From an uncultured bacterium (GTDB lineage: Bacteria; Zixibacteria; MSB-5A5; CAIYYT01): 64,000 nt of DNA. The stretch lies in the NCBI GenBank assembly GCA_963726455.1, contig CAVSCK010000003.1, positions 192,001 through 256,000 on the forward strand, written 5' to 3'. Shown here one piece after another: positions 8,256-17,329 of the stretch (position 1 is its first letter; each line of letters begins with the position of its first letter). Position numbers and translations under genes: made by a program. The notes below the pieces were generated by a model, which had not been told where the DNA came from, ran no database searches, and saw only the letters and a list, made by a program, of their open reading frames with translations.

Positions 8256-9722
8256 TTGATAAAGATTCCCACTAAACAGGAATTGTTACAGTTACAGAAA
8301 CTGTACCGAACTGACAAAAAGATCGGGCAGGCCCTGGGCAATGTGCCTGAGCAATTGGTTGCCTACTGGCGGCGAAAAAAGGGCGTCGGCAAATCGGTAT
8401 TTCCCAAATATACACAGCGCGAAATCAGCGAGCTGTGGGAACGCTTTGGGGATGACCTGCGCGCCGGGCAGGAACTGGACATCACCAAGCAGGCATTCTA
8501 TCGCTGGCGGAAGAAATACAAAATCTTCAATCGGCCGGCTATCCTGCGTCTCGAACAACTGGAGTTGAAATTCTTCGACGAGCAGCGGCTAAATCGCAGC
8601 GGTGAGAAAGTCTGGCCGGCGCAAACATTCCTGCAGAAGATCGTCTCCTTTCACGATCCGGCTCAATATCCCGCGGTCGGCCAGCGGTCAATCGTGCCGG
8701 TCGACTTGATTATCTCTATCAGCGATCTCGGCATTGTCGCCCTAACGCCAAACAGCGACAAAGGCCAGAAGAATGACCAGAGTACGCCGGAAATACACGA
8801 GTCGTTTATGGCCATGATTGAGAGCGGACACTTTCGCGCAAATCAGATTATTGTGTCGGATCGTCATGAAGCTTCAGCGCTGGCGGTAACTTCGTCTTTC
8901 GTCAAAGTAGTCACCCCGACGCCGCGATTCCTCGACCAACCTCCGGAGGTAACGGAGATCGAGGTCACGCCGACGCTCAAGGTCATATTACCGAGCACGT
9001 CGCCGGTGCGTCACAACGCTTTCGACGCCGCCTGTCGCATTTATGAATCCGTTGCCGGATTGGGGGATAAGAAATTTCTCATTGAATTGTCCGGCCCTGG
9101 TGTTGAGGGGCTTCCAATCGACGATCGCATGTCTCTCCTCGGATACGCCTGCTACTTGACCGGAAGGCACGCAGTGGTCGAGCCCGACCAAACTTTCCTG
9201 AACTTTATCGGCCGGTTCACCAAAAGCGAAGGGCCGATACCTTTCTCCGACAAGAACGCACCGTTGCTCGATACACTAACAGTCACAATGGCCAAACGCC
9301 GTACTGCCGTTTACTCGCTTTCAAAGAAGGAATTCGTCACTGATCCACAAGAATTCAATTCCCTGCAGCTTCGCCGAATTCGCGTCGGCCCGCTATTGGG
9401 CGGCAATCTCGACGATTTCCACCAGCTCGCCATGGCAATGCGAGGTGAAACGATCCGTAAGAATCTCCAACTGTACCTGATTCCTTCCAGCCAGAGCGTC
9501 TTTGCCGAAGCATTACGCCGGCGTTATGTCCACGCCATTGTCGAGGCCGGTGGCAAGGTCGGAAATATCTGCTGCTGCCCGCCACTGCCCAAACTCGGTG
9601 CTGGAGAATATGAATTGACGACTGAAATTTCGGCGCCTGATGCTGAGAGCTATCTGGTGTCAATTCCCACTATTGTTCAAAGTCTTCGAAGTGGAAAGAT
9701 TGCCCGTCGCGCCTTCGACTAG
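8256..9722 (+). CDS. Tandem HTH fused to a degenerate LeuC/aconitase large-subunit domain
   Basis: Two HTH-like repeats (TDKKIGQALG..VAYWRRKKG; DDLRAGQELDITKQAFYRWRKKY), then LeuC-like segments QTFLQKI, IELSGPGVEGLPIDDRMSL..VVEPD and GNLDDFHQLAMAMRGETI..LIPSSQSVFAEAL..IVEAGGKV. Confidence 0.8.
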   Translation: MIKIPTKQELLQLQKLYRTDKKIGQALGNVPEQLVAYWRRKKGVGKSVFPKYTQREISELWERFGDDLRAGQELDITKQAFYRWRKKYKIFNRPAILRLEQLELKFFDEQRLNRSGEKVWPAQTFLQKIVSFHDPAQYPAVGQRSIVPVDLIISISDLGIVALTPNSDKGQKNDQSTPEIHESFMAMIESGHFRANQIIVSDRHEASALAVTSSFVKVVTPTPRFLDQPPEVTEIEVTPTLKVILPSTSPVRHNAFDAACRIYESVAGLGDKKFLIELSGPGVEGLPIDDRMSLLGYACYLTGRHAVVEPDQTFLNFIGRFTKSEGPIPFSDKNAPLLDTLTVTMAKRRTAVYSLSKKEFVTDPQEFNSLQLRRIRVGPLLGGNLDDFHQLAMAMRGETIRKNLQLYLIPSSQSVFAEALRRRYVHAIVEAGGKVGNICCCPPLPKLGAGEYELTTEISAPDAESYLVSIPTIVQSLRSGKIARRAFD

Positions 9723-9742
9723 CAGGTTAGCCGACGCGCGCT

Positions 9743-10480
9743 CTATTTCTGCTTGGAACTTCCCGCGTACCCTAGAGTGAACTCAGAGCCATCAAAGCGC
9801 ACGTAGCTGAAATTGGTGAGCCAGTCACCGGAATTGACATAGTAACCGCCGCCAATTTCGCGAATTTCCGGCAAATGAATGTGCCCGCAGACGACCGCAA
9901 AGTAGCCCTCACTTACCTTGGCCCGCGCAAACTGAACGCATTCTTCGACGAACGAATCCTTCGGACGTTTCTGGGTGTGGCCTCGTGACCTTCGTGAAAC
10001 CCCTAATGCGAGATTATATGCCAGACTGGGCGGCAGTTGGCTATAAAGAAAGATATTGAGACGATTTCTTAATATCCTCTTCAAGATGCGGTACTTCCAG
10101 TCGGATGGCGCTATGCCATCACCGTGGAGTACCAGAACTTTCCCCCTGGCCGAATCGATGGTAAAGTCGTCCCGCACCAGCCCAATCCCTAATTCCGAAT
10201 CAAAAAATTCACCCATCCAAAAATCATGATTCCCGCACACATAAGTTACTCGCACTCCCTCGCTGACTAAGTCCCGCAGTCTGCACAATACGTCCTGATG
10301 ATGTTTGGGAATCAGATGGCGATACTCAAACCAGAAGTCGAACATATCGCCGAGAATGACCAGGTGATCAAGGTCCGCCTTGATCTGCACCAGCAGATCG
10401 CAGAATCGCCGATATTTCTCGCGATCGCGCTCGGGATCGCTTTCCCCCAGATGAAAGTCAGAAACGAAATACGTCGCCAT
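9743..10480 (-). CDS. lpxH: UDP-2,3-diacylglucosamine diphosphatase (LpxH-like)
   Basis: SDFHLG, LGDMFDFWFE, GNHD, HGD, GHIH, NSGDW. Confidence 0.88.
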   Translation of the reverse strand: MATYFVSDFHLGESDPERDREKYRRFCDLLVQIKADLDHLVILGDMFDFWFEYRHLIPKHHQDVLCRLRDLVSEGVRVTYVCGNHDFWMGEFFDSELGIGLVRDDFTIDSARGKVLVLHGDGIAPSDWKYRILKRILRNRLNIFLYSQLPPSLAYNLALGVSRRSRGHTQKRPKDSFVEECVQFARAKVSEGYFAVVCGHIHLPEIREIGGGYYVNSGDWLTNFSYVRFDGSEFTLGYAGSSKQK

Positions 10481-10741
10481 GCCGTGAATCTATCATGATC
10501 GACAATCATAGTAAAGCATAATGAGTCAGGCGTGATGCCTGATGAACTGTTCACTTTTGAAACCTTGGCTCCACAAAATGTGGGTGATCTCATACTTTGA
10601 GTACACGATATCGCGGCTTCGACTATCCAACTTCCGAGCAATCTTCGATGGCCCAAGTTTGAAGTCAAAGTCAGCTGCCGAAAATGTTCAAGATTCTTAC
10701 AAGAATCTCGCCTCATTCATCCCCAAAATCTGCTATCGGAT

Positions 10742-10768
10742 TAAAGTAATCTCGCATAAGTCCGATAC
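10742..10768 (+). promoter_or_regulatory. Sigma28/FliA-type promoter TAAA-N15-TCCGATAC
   Basis: Matches the spacing of consensus TAAA-N15-GCCGATAA; lies upstream of the small basic protein. Confidence 0.55.
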
Positions 10769-10871
10769 TTTAACGTGTTAACCCAATTAGTTAACAAAGT
10801 CATGGTAGTAGACAATAGACTTCAGGATGAAGTACAATCAACTAATAGTCCTTACTTGAAAGGAGCAAAGG

Positions 10872-11153
10872 ATGAATCGCAGAACCAGACGCACCTGGCA
10901 CAGCAAGACCAGACGCACGACCGGCTGGAACCGGACGACCAGTTACACTCGCCGTTTTAATGCCACCGGCCGCATGAAAAACTGGACTCCTTCCGAGATC
11001 AACACTCTGAAGAAGATCTATCGCACGAACTCGAACGTGTCCATTGCCAAGAAACTTGGCCGCACCGAGGGTTCGGTCCAGTACAAGGCCTCCAGCCTTG
11101 GCCTCAGAAAGAGCCCGTCATATCTGAAGCAGATCAGAAACAACTGGGCCTGA
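10872..11153 (+). CDS. Small basic protein: Arg/Thr-rich tail plus Myb/SANT-like HTH
   Basis: Strong RBS AAGGAG; WTPSEINTLKKIY..IAKKLGRTEGSVQYKASSLGL; has its own terminator. Confidence 0.85.
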   Translation: MNRRTRRTWHSKTRRTTGWNRTTSYTRRFNATGRMKNWTPSEINTLKKIYRTNSNVSIAKKLGRTEGSVQYKASSLGLRKSPSYLKQIRNNWA

Positions 11154-11177
11154 GAGCAATAAATTTGCTTGAAAATC

Positions 11178-11203
11178 GGCGGCAGCAATGCCGCCTTTTT
11201 TTT
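11178..11203 (+). terminator. Rho-independent terminator
   Basis: GGCGGCA-gcaa-TGCCGCC followed by T8. Confidence 0.9.
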
Positions 11204-11259
11204 GCTTTGCTATCCTTTCCCTATCTCCGCTATACTGTTGCCTCCGGAGGTTCACCCTA

Positions 11260-12585
11260 TTGCGGTTCTTTGATTCGACAGTCGTCCTGCTCTTCTCGCA
11301 AATCCTCACCCTGTTGGCGGCGTTTGTCATCAACCTCGCCGTCAGCCGCACGCTCGGCGACACCGGCAAAGGTCTCGTAACGCTTCTCATTTACATCCCG
11401 TCGATTCTTTTCGCTGTCAGCCATCTGGGCATGGGGGTGGCCACTCAGTATTTCATCAGCCGCAAGGAAGGTTCACCCCGGTCGCATCTCTCCAACGCCG
11501 TGATCTTCCCGACCGTCATGGGCCTCATCGCCATTGCCGCCTTCTGCCTGACGTATGACTTCTGGAAACCCTACACCGACAACCTGCCGCTGGCGACGCT
11601 TCTGCCACCCCTGTTCGGCCTGCCGCTGATGATCATCTACGAGCTCTGCGCCCAGCAGCTTATCGCGCACGGACGCATCGTCCAGAAGAGTGTGTCTGAT
11701 ATCATTCAGACTTACGCAAGTCTGGCCGTAATCTGTCTCGTGCTTCTGCTTCCCATCCGTTCGGCGGCCTGGGTGGTGAACGGCTATATTCTCGGCTGGG
11801 GCATCGGGGCTTTCATCAATTTGTACAACTGTTCGCGAATTGTCGGGTTTCCATCAACGCCGTCCTGGACATTGTTCAGGAAATCGTTCAGATATAGTAT
11901 CTGGATCTACGTCCATTCCGCCTTCGTCTACGTACTCACGCGCTGTGATTTCATCCTGATCGTCGCGCTGCAAAGCAGCATCGGTGCGGGCGGAATCTAT
12001 TCCGTGGCAGCCGGATTGACTATGCCGTTGATGATGATACCCTATGCCGTTCAGACCGTATTCTTCCCCAAGGCCTCGGCGCAGTCGGACGAGGACGCCA
12101 ACCGTACGACTCCATTCTACTTTCGCCAACTTGTACTGGTAATGACCGGTCTTGCGGTAGTGGCAGCGCTCTTGTCGCACCCCGTACTCCTTTTATTCGG
12201 CGGCAATTTCGTCGACGGCCAGGTCGCCATGTTGATTCTGCTGGTGGCCTCGATCTTGAGAGGTACCGGCGGTGTCCTGTCTGTCCATGTGCTAGGCCGC
12301 GGCCGGGCCGCATTGACGGCACTGGTGGCAGGCATAACTCTCGCCGTGGCGCTGCTCCTGAACTTCCTGTTGATCCCCTGGTTGGGGATGAACGGTGCAG
12401 CACTAGGCATGACCGGCGCTTACTTTGTCCAGAACGTTTTCCTGATAATTGTGTTTCGCACTGTGGCAGGGGGCAGGATCAGCCAGCTTTTCGCTTTCAG
12501 CTTCGGCGACGTTCAAGCGCTGATAAACACCGGCAGGGATTTCTTGCGACGCCTGACCTCACGCTATCGGCCCGGAACGGATTAG
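11260..12585 (+). CDS. Polysaccharide flippase (Wzx/MATE-like)
   Basis: About 12-14 TM helices, SRTLG..GKG, GIYSVA, LNFLLIPWLGMNGAA. TTG start after GGAGG. Confidence 0.88.
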   Translation: MRFFDSTVVLLFSQILTLLAAFVINLAVSRTLGDTGKGLVTLLIYIPSILFAVSHLGMGVATQYFISRKEGSPRSHLSNAVIFPTVMGLIAIAAFCLTYDFWKPYTDNLPLATLLPPLFGLPLMIIYELCAQQLIAHGRIVQKSVSDIIQTYASLAVICLVLLLPIRSAAWVVNGYILGWGIGAFINLYNCSRIVGFPSTPSWTLFRKSFRYSIWIYVHSAFVYVLTRCDFILIVALQSSIGAGGIYSVAAGLTMPLMMIPYAVQTVFFPKASAQSDEDANRTTPFYFRQLVLVMTGLAVVAALLSHPVLLLFGGNFVDGQVAMLILLVASILRGTGGVLSVHVLGRGRAALTALVAGITLAVALLLNFLLIPWLGMNGAALGMTGAYFVQNVFLIIVFRTVAGGRISQLFAFSFGDVQALINTGRDFLRRLTSRYRPGTD

Positions 12586-13535
12586 AGATCGTCCGCTTCA
12601 AAGGCGCTGCACAACTGAATTCCGCGCGATTCCAGTTCATATATCTTTTCCAGCAATGCACCGGCGTTATCCAGTTTGCCGTTCTTTGCTTCTAGTGCAA
12701 TCTGCGTCCAGAGCGATGCCGATTCCGAGAAGTTGGATGCCGCCAGATCGTAAATCGATCGCGAATACATCTGCGAGGCCTGATCGAGAAACTCGGAAAA
12801 TAATTTGCGCGACAGGCCGCCACCGGTGCCGGCCTTTTCGATTTGAGTATAGAGCATTTTCGGGGGGTTATAATCGCGCAAGTGATCTCGCAGATCGAAT
12901 ATTTGCAGCAGATTCGTGCCCTGGTGATGATTCAGAAATCTCTGGCTTACGTTAAATAGCGCCTTGGTAATCATTTCTTCCGCAAACGGCCGCTCGTCCA
13001 TCTTCTCGATACGAACCCGTTTTCGGGCGGGTGTGAATGGCGGCTGCGCCGACTTGCGCGCCTCGATGAACTTATCCATCGGGCATTGCTGAATCTGCTG
13101 GTAGCCCGTATCGGCAACATACACGAAATCGCTGTCGTAACCGGTCGGCACCAGCCGGTGACCGGCGAAGTGCATCGTCGACTGGAAATACGGCAGATAG
13201 AACAGATCGACCTGCACCATCACCGGTACCTGGCGGTCGATGTGATCCCGCAAATCCAGCATTGCCGAATTATCTGAGTCAAATTCAGCGACGTCGTACT
13301 CCAACCCCAGGTTGCGGCAGAAGGAATCGACCAGTCCCGGCGCTACGCCGCTCAGGTATGGATTGACCAGTCCCTCCACGCTCCGAAACTGAAATCCCAA
13401 ACCCTCTGCCAGGCCGAAAACCATCGGTTCCTGATACCGGTAGCCATAATGGTTAACTATGTTCCGAATCGCGGTCGTAACACAATTATGACCGGGCAGA
13501 TGTTTGAAGTTGCGAATTTCGTTCTGTTGCATCAT
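12582..13535 (-). CDS. BtrH_N/DUF4872 papain-like (C39-like) protein
   Basis: GHNCVTTAIRN, EPMVFGLAEGLGF, DLFYLPYF..HFAGH, YVAD, GTGGGLSR. Confidence 0.85.
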   Translation of the reverse strand: MMQQNEIRNFKHLPGHNCVTTAIRNIVNHYGYRYQEPMVFGLAEGLGFQFRSVEGLVNPYLSGVAPGLVDSFCRNLGLEYDVAEFDSDNSAMLDLRDHIDRQVPVMVQVDLFYLPYFQSTMHFAGHRLVPTGYDSDFVYVADTGYQQIQQCPMDKFIEARKSAQPPFTPARKRVRIEKMDERPFAEEMITKALFNVSQRFLNHHQGTNLLQIFDLRDHLRDYNPPKMLYTQIEKAGTGGGLSRKLFSEFLDQASQMYSRSIYDLAASNFSESASLWTQIALEAKNGKLDNAGALLEKIYELESRGIQLCSAFEADDL

Positions 13536-13615
13536 AGTGACACGAGCAAATTAAGATAGATATTTGAGCATTTGACAAAAGCGTTTAATCAAACGGCAAA
13601 AGAGGAAGTTCCATT

Positions 13616-14617
13616 ATGGCCAAACATAAAGTGACATTGATAAAGGGAGACGGGATCGGGCCTGAAATCAGCCAGGCGACCTGCAGAGTTATCGAGGCAG
13701 CCGGAGTGGAAATCGAATGGGAAGACCTGCCGGCCGGCATCAATGCCATTCCTGATTATGGCAGTCCCGTGCCCGACGTGGTGCTCGATTCCATTCGACA
13801 AAATAAAGTCGCACTCAAAGGCCCGCTAACTACGTTCGTTGCCAAGGGGTTCTCCTCGGCGAACGTTACTCTCCGCAAAAAGCTCGACCTCTACGCCAAC
13901 CTGCGTCCGGTGCACTCTCTGGAGGGAGTCAAGTCGCGTTACGACAACGTCGATCTGATCATCGTACGCGAGAACACTGAAGATCTCTATTCCGGCATCG
14001 AGCATATAATCGCCCCCGGAGTTTCGGAAGCCATCAAAGTCATCACGTTGCAGGCCTCGGCCAGGATTGGCAGGTATGCCTTTGAATATGCCCGCAAGAC
14101 CGGCCGCAAACGCGTCACCGCCGTGCACAAAGCCAACATCATGAAGTTATCCGACGGCCTGTTCCTGGATTCAATTACCGACGTCGCCAAGGAGTATCCC
14201 GACATCAAATTCGACGACGTCATCGTTGACGCTCTCTGCATGAAACTCGTCCTCGACCCGACCCAATTCGATATTCTCGTGTTGTCCAATCTCTATGGCG
14301 ACATCGTGTCCGACCTGGCTGCCGGCCTCGTCGGCGGCTTGGGAATGGTGCCTGGCGCCAATATCGGTACTGATTGCGCCGTCTTCGAGGCGGTACATGG
14401 CTCCGCCCCCGATATAGCCGGCAAGGGAATCGCCAACCCCTGTGCACTCATATTCTCTGGGATTCTGATGCTGCGTCACCTGCACGAAGACGCCGCCGCC
14501 GACAAGATCATGAATGCGATACTCTCCGTCTTTCGCGAAGGCAAGTTACGCACCCGTGACCTTGGTGGCACCGCGACAACAGCCGAATTCACTCAGGCCG
14601 TTATCAGTAAGATGTAG
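13616..14617 (+). CDS. NAD-dependent isocitrate/isopropylmalate dehydrogenase family enzyme
   Basis: [66 protein letters not shown]. Confidence 0.93.
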   Translation: MAKHKVTLIKGDGIGPEISQATCRVIEAAGVEIEWEDLPAGINAIPDYGSPVPDVVLDSIRQNKVALKGPLTTFVAKGFSSANVTLRKKLDLYANLRPVHSLEGVKSRYDNVDLIIVRENTEDLYSGIEHIIAPGVSEAIKVITLQASARIGRYAFEYARKTGRKRVTAVHKANIMKLSDGLFLDSITDVAKEYPDIKFDDVIVDALCMKLVLDPTQFDILVLSNLYGDIVSDLAAGLVGGLGMVPGANIGTDCAVFEAVHGSAPDIAGKGIANPCALIFSGILMLRHLHEDAAADKIMNAILSVFREGKLRTRDLGGTATTAEFTQAVISKM

Positions 14618-14854
14618 GTTCGTCGCATTTGCCGCGCCAAATTCCGTTTCGTCCCGGCTTGTCTTGTGATTGAGAAAAGATCTCGGCCGCCAGGAAATCA
14701 TCACACGTTTCGACGTATGCACGAAAGTCGGTCTGCAAACCTAGAGAGGAGGCGGTCTTCCTGATCGCCTCTTCCGCCTTAAAGATCACCTCAATACAAT
14801 GGTGACGTCTCTGCTGGTTGATTTCGACCGGCGCCAACGGGGCGGCGATTGAAC

Positions 14855-15700
14855 CTATTTCCCTGTCTTCAGATGGAAATAGATCTCGTTTTCGATATTG
14901 GCGGTATACTGAGTGGCTTGGCTGGCTCGTACTTTTGAGCGCTCGGCCGTAATCTTATCCTTCTCCTGCTGGCTGAACACGTAGCCGTTCTCGTAATCGA
15001 ACATCAATGTGCCGGTTACGTCCACGCGATCAACGCCTTTGGTCGTAAGCGTGTCGGACTCCATCACATCAAACGGCAGAATCAGGTTGCCCTTGTAATC
15101 TATCACCGCGCACTTGTGTCCGTCGGCGTTCACAAAGTCAGTTACCCGATAAGTTGTCGATGCATCCAGCTTCTCGCCCGACGGCATGAACACCTTGACT
15201 GTCTGCATCCAGGTGTAACCCTTGCCGACCGGCTCCGTGGGAAATGTCGGCTGCGACTGCTCCAGATTCGATTGCGCATATTCTTTCCACTGCGCTTCTT
15301 TGTTCTCGGTGGGCAATTCCAAGCCGGTGATCTTGCCGTCAGTCGCCATCTGGTATGAGAGCTTCTCATTACGCGAAACGACCTTGATGACATTGCTGGT
15401 ATCCTTCTCGCTCCAGCTCCAGGTGGACGTTTCGTCGATCTTGGCGCCGCCGTCGGGCAAAACCTCGGTGACCTTCTGAATCATCTCGCCCTTGGATCTT
15501 GATTCCACGGGCTGAACGCTGGAATTCGCCATCGAGATTTTCTGCACGCTGGTTTGTTCCCAGGTCAGCTCCCGTCCCGGCTCGAATTTCATCGCCAGCC
15601 GCACCGTTTTCGATGACTCACTGCAACCGCCAACGGCCAAAACCAGTGACAGCGCAACCGCCGTTACTCCCGCAGTCAACCCCAGGCGATGATGTTGTAT
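14855..15700 (-). CDS. Lipoprotein with a beta-rich (DUF6263-like) domain
   Basis: Lipobox LAVGG-C, LAMKFEPG, FPTEPVGKGYTW, GTLMFDYENG. Start uncertain (ATA 15700 after AGGGGG, or TTG 15679). Confidence 0.75.
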   Translation of the reverse strand: MQHHRLGLTAGVTAVALSLVLAVGGCSESSKTVRLAMKFEPGRELTWEQTSVQKISMANSSVQPVESRSKGEMIQKVTEVLPDGGAKIDETSTWSWSEKDTSNVIKVVSRNEKLSYQMATDGKITGLELPTENKEAQWKEYAQSNLEQSQPTFPTEPVGKGYTWMQTVKVFMPSGEKLDASTTYRVTDFVNADGHKCAVIDYKGNLILPFDVMESDTLTTKGVDRVDVTGTLMFDYENGYVFSQQEKDKITAERSKVRASQATQYTANIENEIYFHLKTGK

Positions 15701-15924
15701 CAGGTATCCCCCTTGCCGCACGGAGGGCACCCCCGTTTGGTCATGAGGGAAAAATAATTGTAAGCGGTGGAGTGCCCAGGCGGCGGAGAGCCACCCATAG
15801 GGGTGGAATACGAAGAAGAGGGAAAACTCCGGAACAACTCCGGCTGACAGTGGCCGGGAGTCATCCCGGTTAATCAATGCCCTAATTTTGTCCGAGATTA
15901 GCATTTACGATCTCGCTGTAATTC

Positions 15925-16497
15925 CTACAGCCGTCTGCCCGCCCCCAGCAACGCCTGCGACCTTGACAACGACGACGGTGATCCGAGTATTCCCATCGAC
16001 ATCGTAAGTATTTCGCGGTATCGTTGCATATCCTCCGGCGACACTTGCCCTTGTTCCAGTTTCGACACTTGCTCGGTGTAGCCATCGCCGATTGACATAT
16101 AGGGGCCATAGACTACCTGTGTCTCAACCTTGCCGATGCGGCCATGATACGTAAATACGGCCACCGCCGCAACCAACAAAACTGCTGCGATCGTTACCAG
16201 CGCCGGCGCCGGTCTTAACCATTGCGGCAGCAACCAGGATTCGATGCGTTTCCAGATTGTTACCCGCTCGATCACCACTCGTTCGTGGATGCGCTGTCGT
16301 ATCAGGGCAAAATATACATCATCCGGCATCTGCACTTTGCGCGAAGACATGAGCCGGAGATAATCAAGCTCTGCGTCGATCTCGGCGCGACTGACCTGAC
16401 CCGAGGCCTCCAGCTCACTCAGCTTGGTCGCCGAGTCGGGCCGCAGGTCATCCGGCGTGAGGTCGAGCAACGGATGATCGGGTTGGTGTTTCTTCAT
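15925..16497 (-). CDS. Probable membrane anti-sigma factor
   Basis: Directly after an ECF sigma gene; cytoplasmic N-terminus, one TM helix, short periplasmic tail. Confidence 0.7.
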   Translation of the reverse strand: MKKHQPDHPLLDLTPDDLRPDSATKLSELEASGQVSRAEIDAELDYLRLMSSRKVQMPDDVYFALIRQRIHERVVIERVTIWKRIESWLLPQWLRPAPALVTIAAVLLVAAVAVFTYHGRIGKVETQVVYGPYMSIGDGYTEQVSKLEQGQVSPEDMQRYREILTMSMGILGSPSSLSRSQALLGAGRRL

Positions 16498-16502
16498 GAC
16501 TG

Positions 16503-17108
16503 CTATTTCCTTCCCTTGTCGTCTTTGAGAACCGTCCCGTCGAGTAAGTGGCTGATTCTATGCTTTACCTTGGAACGGGCAATAAAAAGATTCGACCTCA
16601 CCGTCGCCTGCGGACAATCCAGCATACTGGCGATTTCCTCCTTCGAAAATCCTTCGATGTCGTGGAGGATGATTGTCGTGCGCTGCTTGCGCGGCAGCTC
16701 TGAGATCGCTCGGTTTATCAATTCCAACACCTGTTTGTTTTCATGCTGCTGTTCCGGAGTAGGAACTGTCCGAGACAGTTCCAACTGGTACATGCCAGAC
16801 TCCTGGAATTCCTGATCGTTGACATCGACATACTTTCTCTGCCGCTTGCGAATAATGTCGATGCAGCAGTTGGTCGCAATCTTGAATATGAAGCTGGGAA
16901 AGTAAGAATCAGACTTGAGCCGGACGATATTCTTGACCAGACGGACAAACGTCTCTTGCAGGACTTCCCCGGCCTCTGTATGGTTTCCCAGCATTTGGTA
17001 TGCATGTGCGTATATTCTCTTCTCAAAAAGCCGAATTAGTTCGTTAAATGCCTTTTCGTCACCTGCTTTGAACCGCTCTACCAGTTCCGGTATATTGTCA
17101 CTCACCAT
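16503..17108 (-). CDS. ECF RNA polymerase sigma factor (RpoE/SigW-like)
   Basis: GDEKAFNELI, LQETF, FKIATNCCID, LPRKQRTTIIL..EGFSKEEIA..TVRSNLF.AR. Confidence 0.95.
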   Translation of the reverse strand: MVSDNIPELVERFKAGDEKAFNELIRLFEKRIYAHAYQMLGNHTEAGEVLQETFVRLVKNIVRLKSDSYFPSFIFKIATNCCIDIIRKRQRKYVDVNDQEFQESGMYQLELSRTVPTPEQQHENKQVLELINRAISELPRKQRTTIILHDIEGFSKEEIASMLDCPQATVRSNLFIARSKVKHRISHLLDGTVLKDDKGRK

Positions 17109-17135
17109 GCCCCAGACTCCCCAACACTAACAGAT

Positions 17136-17160
17136 GACGCGGAGTAACGAAGTTTGTTTA
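17136..17160 (-). promoter_or_regulatory. Autoregulatory ECF promoter TAAAC-N16-CGTC
   Basis: Typical AAC/CGT ECF elements about 28 nt upstream of the sigma start codon. Confidence 0.6.
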
Positions 17161-17329
17161 AAACTAATTGCTGCAACGAAATCCAAGCTTTATCAGCCAA
17201 CCGGCTGTTCTATATGTCTCGCATACTGGAGCAACAAATCGGGCACTTTGTTCACGTTTTACCGCAAAATTCAGTCGACATTGTGCTCTTGTCGATGTAT
17301 AAATAAACAAACGGTTTATGAAAGGATAA

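Noticed and set aside
10539-10660. Hammerhead-like CTGATGA...GAAA core
   Set aside because: Stem II cannot form (ACTGTTCACTTTT) and stem I does not pair.
10770-10795. CtrA box or Myb consensus in the GTTAAC repeats
   Set aside because: Spacing is TTAA-N9-TTAA rather than N7, and it is not an exact YAACKG; kept only as a possible operator.
14604-14837. 77-aa minus-strand ORF
   Set aside because: No RBS or recognisable motif; the region is better explained by RNA-like structure.
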